Shown: positions 63,769-64,000 of the stretch, piece by piece
How the letters are laid out: each line of letters begins with the position of its first letter
Position numbering within the stretch: the stretch's first letter is position 1
DNA from: Eutreptiella sp. 'Long Island Sound 2002'
Taxonomy: Eukaryota > Protista > Euglenida
Assembly (NCBI GenBank): GCA_964036045.1
Contig: OZ038378.1
Coordinates: 34,534,001 to 34,598,000, forward strand
DNA length: 64,000 nucleotides
Reading direction: 5' to 3'
Program-made: the position numbers and the translations under genes
Notes under the pieces: model-generated
What the model was told of the DNA's origin: nothing
Seen by the model: the letters and a program-made list of their open reading frames with translations, nothing else
Databases searched by the model: none

Positions 63769-64000
63769 ATGACGCTCAGTGGCATGCAAGGTCAGGTCGG
63801 AACCGGGGAGGGGGGGAGGGGCAAGGTCAGGGGTTTGCGGCATCGCAAACAGATTTGTGCACATGACGTCTGCTGTGGCTCCTCTCCCTATGCACAATGC
63901 ACCCAAACAGCTCGTGTCCAAACAGCAGCAGGCCGTCACCTTGGGACCATGGATTTTGGCGATTCAATTTTGTTTAACGATGAGAGATTTCGCTTTCTAT

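Overview
Eukaryotic, repeat-dense window, with no bacterial-type operons, rRNA, intact tRNA or CRISPR array. It holds one intact-looking host gene, a long GC3-rich ORF for a PX-domain protein (43452-46088, +). Most of the rest is nested, decayed transposable elements: three non-LTR retrotransposons (one ending CCHC plus an RNase H1-like domain, two with ORF1-APE-RT-CCHC), two DIRS-type RT remnants, and a Harbinger/ISL2EU-like DDE remnant. There is also a 2.4-kb DNA transposon with CAATA termini, a 3-bp TSD and a Tudor-like accessory region (plus a second partial copy), a MULE-like MITE with a 10-bp TSD, probable KDZ-like remnants, an unnamed transposase remnant, a (CA)n-associated short repeat family and satellites. 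The strongest cross-cutting signal is CpA>TpA (TpG>TpA) hypermutation of repeats. It is visible directly in copy-versus-copy comparisons and in TAG-only stop lesions, and it appears absent from the host gene, so it resembles fungal RIP. The taxon is not established; several features suggest a euglenozoan/protist genome, which is inference only. All protein family calls are by-eye motif recognition, not database searches.
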